Below are positions 1 through 9,679 of a DNA stretch of 64,000 bases, piece after piece. Position 1 is the first letter of the stretch; the number at the start of each line of letters is the position of its first letter. Under the pieces are notes generated by a model, which was not told the origin of the DNA, ran no database searches, and saw nothing but the letters and a program-made list of their open reading frames with translations. Source of the DNA: an uncultured delta proteobacterium (GTDB taxonomy: Bacteria > Desulfobacterota > BSN033 > UBA1163); assembly GCA_963708295.1 (NCBI GenBank), contig CAVPSJ010000007.1, positions 64,001 to 128,000 of the forward strand. The letters are read 5' to 3'. Both the position numbers and the translations under genes were made by a program.

Positions 1-17
1 CGGACACGGACACGTTA

Positions 18-1001
18 TTATAATGGATAACTTCCAACCTTAAACCGAGATAAATTCTTCTCGTACCAGTCGATCGTCTCTCTCAATCCATCCTCCAGAG
101 AATATCGGGGAGCCCATTTAAAAAGCTTCTGGGCCAAACGGGTATCACAGAGAAGCTGCATCACTTCACTTTTCTCCGGGCGAATCCTCCGATTCTCAAC
201 TTCAATCTCTCCACCCTTCCCCACCTGACTAAGAATCTTCTTAACCAATTCTTTAATGGAAATGTCTCTTCCCGTGCCAATGTTCACCACTTTTCCAACC
301 GCCTTGGAACATTTTGCCAATTCAATAAACCCTCTAACCGTATCTTTGACAAAGAGGAAATCCCTCCGGGGCTCAATATTGCCCAATCGAATCTTCTTCC
401 CCTGAATGGCCTGGGAGATGATCGTGGGGATAACGGCCCGGAGGGATTGCCGGGGGCCAAACGTATTGAAGGGCCGAATCGTGGCAATGGGAAGACCAAA
501 GGAAAGATTATAACTTTCAATTAACTTATCTGCTCGCAATCTTACTGGCTGCATACGGGGATTGGGCCTGAAGGGGATGTTTTTCATCAATGGGAATATA
601 TTGGGCTGTTCCATACACTTCACTCGTGGAGGTATGGATGATTTTTTCTACACCTGTTCGTTCTCAAGGCAGGCATTGAGGAGGTGGGCAGTTCCAATGA
701 CATTGGTCTGAACGAAATCAAAAGGGTGAACATAAGAATAAGGGATGGCAATGAGGGCGCCTAAATGGAAAATTTTCGTGCATCCCTTGACCGCCTTCTT
801 GACCCCATCCGGGTCTTTGAGATCTCCGGGAATGATCTCAATCTGATTCTGAATTTCTCCAGGTAAGTCTTCTAAAAGACCCCTTTCATCCCTTGAATTA
901 TATCGGACAAAAGCCCTTACCTCTTCCCCTTGTTTGACCAGCTCTTCCACCAGATGGCTTCCGATAAATCCCCCCGCACCGGTCACTAGAACCTTTCCCA
1001 T
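18..1001 (-). CDS. NAD-dependent nucleotide-sugar epimerase/dehydratase (extended SDR), frameshifted in the assembly
   Basis: N-half MGKVLVTGAGGFIGSHL (GxxGxxG) and FHLGALIAIPYSY in ORF 648..1055; C-half RPFNTFGPRQS...RRDFLFVKD...NIGTG in ORF 18..623; RBS GAGG before the ATG at 1001. Confidence 0.85.
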
Positions 1002-1039
1002 AACAACCTCGTTCAATCCTCGTGTAGTGTCGTCGTATT

Positions 1040-1150
1040 CAAATCCAAAAGTCAAAGGTCGAAAGCTAAACGAATGTCAAAAAGATTTAATGTCAAATCT
1101 TGACGATTTGACAAATTTCATTTGAACTTTGAGCTTTAAAATTTGACATT
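1040..1150. repeat. Heptamer-periodic inverted repeat element (CAAATGT-like units followed by TTTGACA-like units)
   Basis: aaatccaaaagtcaaaggtcgaaagctaaa...tttgaactttgagctttaaaatttgacatt; related copies at 3164-3270, 19598-19761 and 29451-29600. Confidence 0.7.
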
Positions 1151-1864
1151 TAAGATTCATATAATAACTTTTTCCTCATCTCCTGGAACTTCTTTTGCGC
1201 CTCCTCATAATCCTCATGCCGGCCGATATCGAGCCAAAAGTCACTCGAAGGATAGCAGACTACTTTTTCCCTTTGCTTGATGAGTTTCTGGATCAATTCG
1301 GGAAAATCCAGGTATTTCTCGGAGGGAATCCATTTCAAAACTTCTCTCTCAAACACGTAGATCCCCATGCTCACAGAGTAGGACAGCGTTGGTTTTTCAA
1401 TATATCGAGTCAGTTGATGGGCACGATTAAATTCCATGACTCCCAATTCCAGATGGGACTTTCTTCTGAGTCATCGCAATGGTGACCATGCCTTGATGCC
1501 GGCGATGATAGCTGATCAACTTTTGATAATTGAGAGTGGTCAGGATATCTCCATTCATCACCAGAAAGGTCTCTGGAAGATTTGGGATGATGGAAAGAGG
1601 ACCAGCCGTTCCAAGAGCTTTCTCTTCTTTCGAATAACGAATGTCGACCCCATATTGGTCTCCATTTCTAAAATAAGCCGAGAGGAGCGGCTCTGATTGT
1701 TGACTCACGGTGAAGACGATCTCTTTAATCCGAAAATGGGCTAACTGCCTGACGATGATTTCAAGAATGGGCATTCCGTCAATAGGCATCAGAGGTTTAG
1801 GAAAGACGGTGGTATAGGGAGCAAGTCTTGTCCCTTTCCCCCCAGCCAGGATGATTGCTTTCAT
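1150..1864 (-). CDS. Sugar-phosphate nucleotidyltransferase, frameshifted near 1450
   Basis: MKAIILAGGKGTRLAPYT...PKPL motif, LGTAG, NGD; C-terminal WLDIGR in ORF 1150..1446. Confidence 0.85.
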
Positions 1865-1901
1865 TTTTTCTCCCATCACCCTTGTATCACGTCGCCCTTC
1901 A

Positions 1902-1934
1902 TCCCCCTTTTCTAAAGGGGGAACCAGAGGGATT
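1902..1934. repeat. Short C-rich/G-rich palindrome (TCCCCCTTT..AAAGGGGGA family)
   Basis: tcccccttttctaaagggggaaccagagggatt; relatives near 12883-12912, 14985-15021, 17820-17864, 19516-19542 and 20720-20815. Confidence 0.6.
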
Positions 1935-3090
1935 ACGTATAATCTGCCAAAAATCTCTCCACAGAAGTCTCAATATCGAATAATTGCTTCAATTCCTCCC
2001 TTCTGGCTTCATTCCTTTCTTCATTCTCGTTATCCTTAAGATCAGCTTTCTTCTTCATGACCTCCTTCAAGGCCCTGACGTTTTCCGGAGGAATCACCCG
2101 GGCGACTCCATATTGGCGACCGAGCATCCCCATATCACCCACATCGGTAACGATCAGTTCTTTATCAAACCTTAATGCTTCTGAAAATACCAGAGGGATC
2201 GACTCAGAACGGGAAGGAATCACCACGCAATCGGATGATTCATAGAGGGAAGCCAATGTCCTGGTCCGATACATTTCCCATCCACGAAACATATCCCCCC
2301 AGATCTCTCTCTTTAATAAAACTCTTTGCCCATTCCTCCATCCCTCCCCTGCCCACCACTGTGAGATGAACATTCAATGCTTCCTCCTTCAGTCATGCCA
2401 TGGATTCAAGCAGGAGATCGATCCCTTTCACCTTTTCAATCCTCCCCACAAATAGAAAACGGTAAGGTTTGCTCGTTATTCCCTCCAGCCTTTCCTTTAA
2501 TGACAACGACGGGGGACCATTGGATCGTTCGTGTGGTGGCCAAAAAAAAACACTTTCTTCCAAACCGTTCTTCCACCCTTTTCGAAAGATCAAAACCGTC
2601 AGCAAAAACACCTCTGGCCTCCTGAATGATTCTCCTCATCATCGGATAGAGAAAGGGATTTTTCCCGTATCGATAAATATCTGAACCGAGGGACCAAACA
2701 GAATAAGGAATCTTCGTTTGCCGGAAGGCCTGATTTGCAAAATAGCCACTCGGAAGAACCCAGAGGGCAAGGCATACTTCTATCTTATTCTCTCTTATAA
2801 AAGCGGGGAGTGCCTTTTTCCCTCTATAAAACAGATTCACAATTCGAAAAAAATCCAAAGGCTTAAAGGGATTGAGCTGGACAAGGGGCTTATCTCGATT
2901 TGATCCAGGGAAACCAGTTGATTTTTACACCCTCCAAGAATTCCTCCTTCTCTCCTTGGCGATCTTGCGTAAAGACGAAGATGTGATGCCTCCTTTTCTT
3001 TAGCTCCCTAATAAAATCGACAAGAAAAGGGACCTGAACAGTATCATCAGGACGGGATGGAAAGGAAGAGGTAATGATACAGATGTTCAT
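1933..3090 (-). CDS. Glycosyltransferase family 4 (GT-B), several frameshifts
   Basis: MNICIITSSFP start; FVGRIEKVKGIDLLLE; IPSRSESIPLVFSEAL..VTDVG, spread over four ORF fragments. Confidence 0.8.
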
Positions 3091-3163
3091 CGGTGAACCA
3101 ATGTCAATGACTCGGTCCAAGTGCTCAGTGACCCTGAGCGGTTACCGCATAAACGTTGCGCAG

Positions 3164-3270
3164 AATGGTCAAATGTCAAACTCAAAGCTCAATGACCCCG
3201 GGGACAAAAGAATAACTTTTTGACATTTGATCATTTGGCATTAATTTGACATTTGGATTTTCGTACGACT
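3164..3270. repeat. Heptamer-periodic inverted repeat element
   Basis: aatggtcaaatgtcaaactcaaagctcaatgacc ... tttgacatttgatcatttggcattaatttgacatttggatttt. Confidence 0.7.
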
Positions 3271-4218
3271 CTATTTCAGCTCTTTATTATATTCCATATC
3301 GAACCACATGGCGAAGAAAAGAGATTGAAGACCTGATATGGCAAAGAAAGCAGCAAAGAGAGCGCTGGTCGCTGCCACCGTGCCGACGAAAAGCCTGAAA
3401 ACCATAAGATAACATCCAAAAATAACCCCAATAGGCGTAAGGATAAAACCGAGAAGATAGAAAAGGACCAGCGGATGGAAGTCCCGGATCACATATTTTT
3501 CCTTGAGTCTCCATAAAAAGAGTTTTAAGAGCAGGAACGAAAGGGTGAAAACCACTCTATAAATTTTCATCCCTGAACGTTCTCCGATACCGTAAATAGG
3601 ATTGACAGGCACATCCCTGACCCTGAATTGATAAACATTTAATCTCACCAAAAAGTCGTTTGGCATTCCATAACGTTTGTAAATGCTATCCAGATCAATG
3701 GTTTTAAGCACCTCCAAGTTGACGGCTCCATAGCCTGATTGGGAATCCGCGACATGCCAATATCCGGAGGCGATCTTCGTCAGAAAAGACAGGACGGCAT
3801 TTCCCAGATAACGTGTTTTGGGAATGACGTTCCACGCCTTGCCGGTGAAAAGGCGATTCCCTTTGGAATAATCCACACGCCCTTCGACAATAGGGTCCAA
3901 CAATCTGGGAAGGTCTTCCGGGTCCATCTGCGCGTCACCTGCCATGACCACACTGACGAAGATTTCATTGTCTCGAGCCCATTTATATCCGGTGACGATG
4001 GCCCCCCCGACTCCCTGGTTTTTTGGATGACGCAAATAGACGATCCGAGAATCCTCCTCCTGATGGGCTTTCACGACATCGCCTGTCCGATCACTGCTGG
4101 CATCATCCACCACGACGATGCGGTCAATGAAGCTCGGGATCGTTTCAAGAACCTTCCCTATCAATTTTTCCTCGTTGTAGGCAGGAACGATAACAGCAAC
4201 GACTTTATCCCGGTACAT
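3271..4218 (-). CDS. Glycosyltransferase family 2 (polyprenol-phosphate glycosyltransferase-like) with C-terminal TM helices
   Basis: VIVPAYNEE, VVDDASSD, NQGVGGA, AGDAQMDP, DSQSGY; hydrophobic C-terminus. Confidence 0.9.
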   Translation of the reverse strand: MYRDKVVAVIVPAYNEEKLIGKVLETIPSFIDRIVVVDDASSDRTGDVVKAHQEEDSRIVYLRHPKNQGVGGAIVTGYKWARDNEIFVSVVMAGDAQMDPEDLPRLLDPIVEGRVDYSKGNRLFTGKAWNVIPKTRYLGNAVLSFLTKIASGYWHVADSQSGYGAVNLEVLKTIDLDSIYKRYGMPNDFLVRLNVYQFRVRDVPVNPIYGIGERSGMKIYRVVFTLSFLLLKLFLWRLKEKYVIRDFHPLVLFYLLGFILTPIGVIFGCYLMVFRLFVGTVAATSALFAAFFAISGLQSLFFAMWFDMEYNKELK

Positions 4219-4433
4219 AAAACGATAACTCCAGAATCATTGAACAAAGAACTTTAGGTCTTATGTGACATATGTGGTTGAAATAACACACAGATGAGAG
4301 GGTGTCAATTGAATTTAAGGAGCTGGAATGATTAAACGGGAGACGATTAAGGTTTAGTGATCATCTCTGAGGAACGCTTCAAATTGCGTTTCTACGGCTT
4401 CTCGAAAGTTAATACTAAATCAACACTTTCCCT

Positions 4434-4649
4434 TTATTCAATCACGGCAATGGTGGACTCCGCCTCCACCTCCTGCCCGGCAGAGACACGCACCTCCTTC
4501 ACCACTCCACTGACTGGAGCGACCAGAGGCATTTCCATCTTCATTGCTTCCAATACTGCCACCTGATCATCTTCTTTCACCCTATCTCCTACCTTTACTG
4601 AAACCGAAATAATCTTACCCACCATCGGTACTGTCACGGGTGTTGCCAT
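4434..4649 (-). CDS. Stand-alone biotin/lipoyl carrier domain protein
   Basis: MATPVTVPMVGKI...LEAMKME biotinylation motif; RBS GGAGG upstream of the ATG at 4649. Confidence 0.85.
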   Translation of the reverse strand: MATPVTVPMVGKIISVSVKVGDRVKEDDQVAVLEAMKMEMPLVAPVSGVVKEVRVSAGQEVEAESTIAVIE

Positions 4650-4778
4650 AGATGCCTCCCCTTCTTGGTGATTCGTCATGGTGATTGGTGATTCGCCACC
4701 GCCATTCACGAACACGATAGAATTAGACCCGAATCATCCCCCATTTGTCAAGAAATTTTTGAGGGTCGCAAAAAATAA

Positions 4779-4825
4779 TTGACATCAAGAGTAGATTATA
4801 ATAATCTATGTGAAAAATTTAACTA
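4779..4825 (+). promoter_or_regulatory. Sigma70-type promoter with a TAGATTAT-A-ATAATCTA dyad and a Rex-like box
   Basis: TTGACA at 4779-4784, TAATCT 17 bp later; dyad at 4792-4808; ATGTGAAAAATTTAACTA at 4808-4825. Confidence 0.55.
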
Positions 4826-4863
4826 AACCTTTTTTGTTAATTCAAACTAGAGCAGGAGGGCAT

Positions 4864-5720
4864 ATGAACATTAAAGTGATTGGGGTCTTGGGAGCAGGGA
4901 CGATGGGAAATGGGATTGCTCAAGTGGCAGCCCAGGCAGGGTATCAGGTGATCATGAGGGATATTGAAGACCGTTTCGTTCAAAACGGTCTCAAGGCGAT
5001 CGACAAATTTCTGACCAAGAGCGTTGAGAAAGGAAAGATTAAAGAAGACGAAAAGAAGGGAATTATTGGCCGAATTAAGGGAACCGTACGGATGGAGGAC
5101 CTCAAGGATGCGGATTTGGTCATCGAAGCTGTCTTCGAAGACCTGGAGTTGAAGAAGAAGCCTCTTCAAGCAACTGGATGAATTGACGCGACCTGAAGTC
5201 ATTCTCACAACCAACACCTCTTCCATGTCGATCACGGAAGTCGCCATGGCAACCAAGCGGCCCGAAAAAGTGGCGGGGATGCATTTCTTCAATCCGGCGC
5301 CCCTCATGAAACTCGTCGAGGTGATCCGCGGAATTCATTCGAATGATGATACCATCTCGACGGTCATGGACCTGGCTCGCAAGATGGGAAAGGAACCGGT
5401 TGAGGTGAAGAAAGATACACCCGGGTTCATCGTCAACCGCCTGATGATGCCCCACTTTGTGGAAGCGATCAGGATGCTGGAAGAAGGAGTGGCCAGCGTC
5501 GAGGACATCGATAAAGCGGTCAAATTGGGGCTCAATTATCCCATGGGTCCCTTCGAATTGATGGATCTGACCGGAGTCGACATCGGGCTCCATGTCACAG
5601 AATATCTCTATAAAGAACTGAACAAAGAGAGCAAGTGGTCTGTCCCCGTCCTTCACGAAGTCAATGGTTCGGGCAGGAAAACTGGGAAGAAAAACCAAGG
5701 AGGGTTGGTACAAGTATTAA
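4864..5720 (+). CDS. hbd: 3-hydroxybutyryl/3-hydroxyacyl-CoA dehydrogenase, frameshifted near 5160 and 5655
   Basis: IGVLGAGTMGNGIAQ, IEAVFE, TNTSS, GMHFFNPAPLMKLVE, PGFIVNRL, YPMGPFELMD. Confidence 0.85.
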
Positions 5721-5723
5721 ATA

Positions 5724-5818
5724 TCGTGATTCGTGTTAGTGACTCGTGATTCGTTGCGGTCTTTTGGCCGAATAAGAACCTCGAAATCCACAATTCACGA
5801 TTCACCGGTGCGATTCAC
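5724..5818. repeat. TCGTGAT / ATTCACG inverted heptamer element
   Basis: tcgtgattcgtgttagtgactcgtgattcg ... caattcacgattcacc; related copies at 4666-4717 and 9591-9650. Confidence 0.55.
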
Positions 5819-5854
5819 TTCCTGACACTATTCACTTAAAAAGGAGGAATTGTT

Positions 5855-7058
5855 ATGAGTCAATTCAGTAAGGCATTCATCCCGTTTAAAGGTTATTACT
5901 CTTCACCGTTTTGTCGCTGGCAGGGAAGCCTCGCCAATGAAAATGCCATTATTCTCGGAGCGAAGACAGCCAATCGGTGGTTCAAGCAAAGGAAGATCGA
6001 TCCCACGGTGATCGACTATCTCTACTTCGGAATTACCATTGCCCAGCATTGGCTCTTTTATAGCCATACCTGGTCGGCGGCCATGCTGGTAGACGGCGCG
6101 AAAGACATTCCGGCTCTGATGATCCATCAAGCCTGCACGACTTCTACCACCGGGATCTTTCTGGCCGCCCAGAATGTTGAACTTGGGAGCCTATCAGACC
6201 GGATATGGTCTGATGGCAGACCGCTGTTCAAACGGGCCTCACACGGTCTGGCCCAACCCGATGGGTCCGGGCGGTGAAGTGGAATCTGAAAACTGGATGA
6301 TGGACAATTTCAATAGAGATCCATGGGCAGGTTTCAAAATGATACAGACCGCTGAAAATGTGGCCAAGACCATCGGGGTCACGAAGGAAGAATGCGATGC
6401 GGTCACCTTAAGGAGATATCAGCAATATTCGGACTCTCTGGCCAACGATCGGGCATTTCAGAAAAAGTACATGTTTCCTTGCGAGATCAAAATGGGCAAA
6501 AAAGGGACGAAACTGATCGAAGAAGATGAGGGGGTGACACCGACCACAGCGGAAGGCCTTGCAAAACTTGGCTCTGTCGAGCCCGGGGGCGTTCACAGTT
6601 TCGGGGCGCAGACACATCCTGCGGATGGAAACTGCGGGTTCATCGTTACCACCCGGGAAAAAGCCAAAGAACTGAGCGCCGATCCCAAGGTCGAGGTTAA
6701 AATCCTCTCCTACGGCTTTGCCAGGGCGAAGAAGGGTTTTATGGCGGCCGCTCCGGTTCCCGCGGCGGAAATGGCCCTTCGCAACGCAGGAATCACCGTC
6801 AAGGATCTTAAAGCGGCAAAGACCCACAGCCCCTTTGTTGTCAACGATATCTACATGAGTCGCATGATGGGAATCGATGTCAACTGGATGAACAATTATG
6901 GAAATTCTATGGTCTACGGTCACCCCCAGGCGCCCACGGCCGGAAGGCTGATTATTGAATTGATCGAAGAGCTGGCTATGCTCGGCGGAGGTTATGGCCT
7001 GTGGGCTGGCTGCGCTGCGGGCGACACGGGAGCAGCAATGGTGTTCAAGGTAGGATAA
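5855..7058 (+). CDS. Thiolase family protein (atypical motifs), frameshifted near 6190
   Basis: HQACTTST nucleophile Cys, THPADG, KTHSPF, GHPQAPT, GCAAGD; strong RBS AAGGAGG. Confidence 0.85.
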
Positions 7059-7075
7059 GTCTTGTTTTCCTTTTC

Positions 7076-7110
7076 GGTCAGAGCCCCGCCCTCGGGATGG
7101 GGCTCTGACC
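7076..7110. terminator. Strong hairpin after the thiolase
   Basis: ggtcagagcccc-gccctcgggat-ggggctctgacc, 12-bp perfect stem. Confidence 0.65.
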
Positions 7111-7286
7111 GCATGAATTCCTCCCAAGCAGACATCTTCCGCCCCCCCCTTTCCTTCCATTTATCGACCAGGATCCCTGCAAGGTCTCTTGTTTGACAAA
7201 TTCTTAGAAATAAATCATCATATACCTGTATCTTGACGGTGTGGTTCAGAGGACATTTATTCCAAGAAGACATGAAAGGAGTCCCC

Positions 7287-8882
7287 ATGAAATTTAAAGT
7301 CATATTGCCATGGCTGCTTCTCGCCTTCATTCTTATCCTTCCTTCTGCCTTCTATCACTCAAACCAGAGATCCTAACAAGGTCTATAAGGTAGCCATCCT
7401 CCCTTTTATGATTCACAGCCAGGAAAATCTGGATTATCTCCGGGAAGGGATCAATGACATCCTCACCTCCCGAATTACCGTCGAAGAGCGGGTCGTGGTC
7501 ATCGAACGATCGATTGTGGAACGGGCTCTCTATGAGGAGAAACCGATGCGTCTTGACGAAGCCGCAGCCGCCAAGATCGGGATGAGAATCGGAGCCGATT
7601 ATGTCGTCTTCGGAAGCATCACGAAGATCGGCGATTATATCAGCCTGGATGCCCGCCTGATCAGCGTCGCCGAGGAAAAACCGCCCGTAACCGTCTACAC
7701 CCAGCAGAAAGGGATCGATGACGTGATGGTGAAGATCGGCGACTTCGCACAGGACATCGGATATAAAATCCTGGGACGCCGCACCACGGCCGGCCGCCCG
7801 GGTGAACCCCAAACGTCCATCGAGAGGGGGAATAGAGAGGTTCGAGCGCGCGAGCGTCGATTATAAGAAAAGCCAGACCTTCAGGTTTCAAATCAAAGGC
7901 CTCGATATCGGAGATGTGGATGGAGATAAAAAAAACGAATTAGTCGTCATGGATAGTAACAACCTCTACGTCTTTAAATACGATGGGCAGAAAATGAGCA
8001 CTCTTTAAGAAGGTTGAGGCGGGAAATGAAAACAATTTCCTGACCCTCGATGTCGCCGATCTAAACCGGAACGGACACGCTGAAATTATCGTTACTTCCG
8101 TCGTCGAAGATGACGTCCGGTCCTTCATCCTCGAATATGAAGAGGGCAAATTTAAGAAGATCACTGAAAAGTCAAATTGGTACTTCCGGGTATGGGCGTC
8201 TTTCAAGGAAGGGCCGATCTTGGTGGGTCAGCGAAGAGGCTCAGACGGATTGCCTGTTGATCCGGTCTACAGGATGGTCTGGAAAAAGAAATCCTTCGAA
8301 AAAGGGCCTAAAATGGACTTGCCGAAGGGGACGAATATCTTTGGTGCTGCCATGGCCAACATCCGTGGAAACGGAAAATCTGAGGTCATCGCCCTCGATA
8401 GATTTGACCGTTTGAACATCCTTTCAGAAGCCGGAAAGACCCTGTGGAACAGCTCAGACCGATTCGGAGGAACGAACAATTTCTACGAAACAAAGAAAAA
8501 ATGGTATTATGATTATCATGAAAAATATCCGTGGAGGGTTTACATCCCCGGAAGAGTCCTCATCAAAGACCTGGAAGGAGACGGAATTCCTCAGGTCATT
8601 GTCAACAAGAACGAAGCGACGACCTACCTTTTCGAAAGGGCAAGAAGTTACGAAAGCGGGGAGATTCAATGCCTGATCTGGGATCAACCCGATCTGGAAA
8701 CCAGCTGGAAGACCCGGTCGTTCAAAGGCTACATTCCAGATTTTCAAGTGAAGGATGTGGACAATGATGGGAATGAAGAATTGGTCTTCGCTGTCGTTGG
8801 TCCTGATGAGACCGGGGAAGGGGTTACAGGAGTTCTTTCCGACAAGAAGATAAGCAACATTTATTTCTTCAAGCTCTTTTGA
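7287..8882 (+). CDS. Secreted VCBS/FG-GAP repeat protein with an N-terminal TolB-N/CsgG-like domain, several frameshifts
   Basis: Signal-peptide-like start; GADYVVFGSITKIG..SLDARL; repeated DxDGDGxxE motifs (DVDGDKKNE, DLEGDGIPQ, DVDNDGNEE). Confidence 0.75.
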
Positions 8883-8985
8883 ACCCTACGCCCATGGGCG
8901 CGGTGCTTCTTCCAGTTCGATGGACCTCAGGGAGCGGGCCGCTTAAATCCCAAGAGGCACAAGCAAGGGGATGCCCTACCCTATG
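8880..8985 (-). mobile_element. Possible IS200/IS605 (TnpB) right-end / omega-RNA-like remnant with no tnpB ORF
   Basis: Minus strand reads TAGGGTAGGGCATCCCC...GCCTCTTGGGA...GAAGAAGCACCGCGCCCATGGGCGTAGGGTTCA: terminal hairpin plus TTCA end resembling IS605/IS1341 right ends. Confidence 0.45.
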
Positions 8986-9120
8986 TGACAAAGATCCGGC
9001 CTGACGCCCCCCCCAGGAAGCTCCGAATAGCCGTTAGGGCAGACGACCAAGACCTGTACTTTGTCTTCCCACGCACTTTATCTCCTACGTATTTTGCTTC
9101 AAAAATCTCTTTACTCGATT

Positions 9121-9231
9121 GTCATTCCGTATTTGACCAAGCCTGCCCTGCACTTGATACAGGGGAATCCAGTATTTCTGAACTGGATTCCCGCCGGAGT
9201 TTGCCCCGATGGAAATCGGGGCGGAAATGAC
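9121..9231. repeat. GTCATTCC...GGAATCCAG / CTGGATTCC...GGAAATGAC palindromic element with nested sub-hairpins
   Basis: gtcattccg ... ggaatccagt atttctga actggattcc ... cggaaatgac. Confidence 0.65.
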
Positions 9232-9486
9232 CGCTTCGGAACCAATGCAAAGTAGCATTGGACGCACGACACTGGCCGGATAAAAACTAACCGTGGGCAA
9301 GCTCAAAAACAGACTTCTTCTAAGCCCCTCTCCCCTTGCTTAACTCCTGAGTTTGTTCTTCGTCGTTGATGAAAATTCAAGCCGATTTGGAGCAAGGCAG
9401 GCCATGCACTTTTCAAGTTCAAATCCGCAAAAACCTTTGCACTTTTGAATTTTAGGGGCAAGCCCAAAAAAAATGCAAAAAAATGC

Positions 9487-9554
9487 TTGACAAGTTTTTT
9501 TAGGAGTGGTATACGATTAAAAAATTCTAATTCCCTTGTGTTTTTTTTTCACAA
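9487..9554 (+). promoter_or_regulatory. Sigma70 promoter and Rex-like dyad upstream of the porin
   Basis: TTGACA 9487-9492, TG-g-TATACG at 17-bp spacing; TTGTG-T9-CACAA at 9536-9554. Confidence 0.5.
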
Positions 9555-9679
9555 TCCATCCAGAAAGGAGGTGAGGATTTAGGGGGTATAGTGGTAGTGA
9601 ATTCTGTTAGTGGTTAAGGCATCACGAGCACGATTCACCCATCACGAATTTAATTATAGACTAAAGAGGAGGAAAAGAG

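Noticed and set aside
8884-9090. 6S RNA, tmRNA or RNase P RNA in the structured intergenic region; also a 31-codon minus-strand ORF with an AGGAG RBS
   Set aside because: No diagnostic termini or conserved motifs were recognised; the small ORF has no supporting features.
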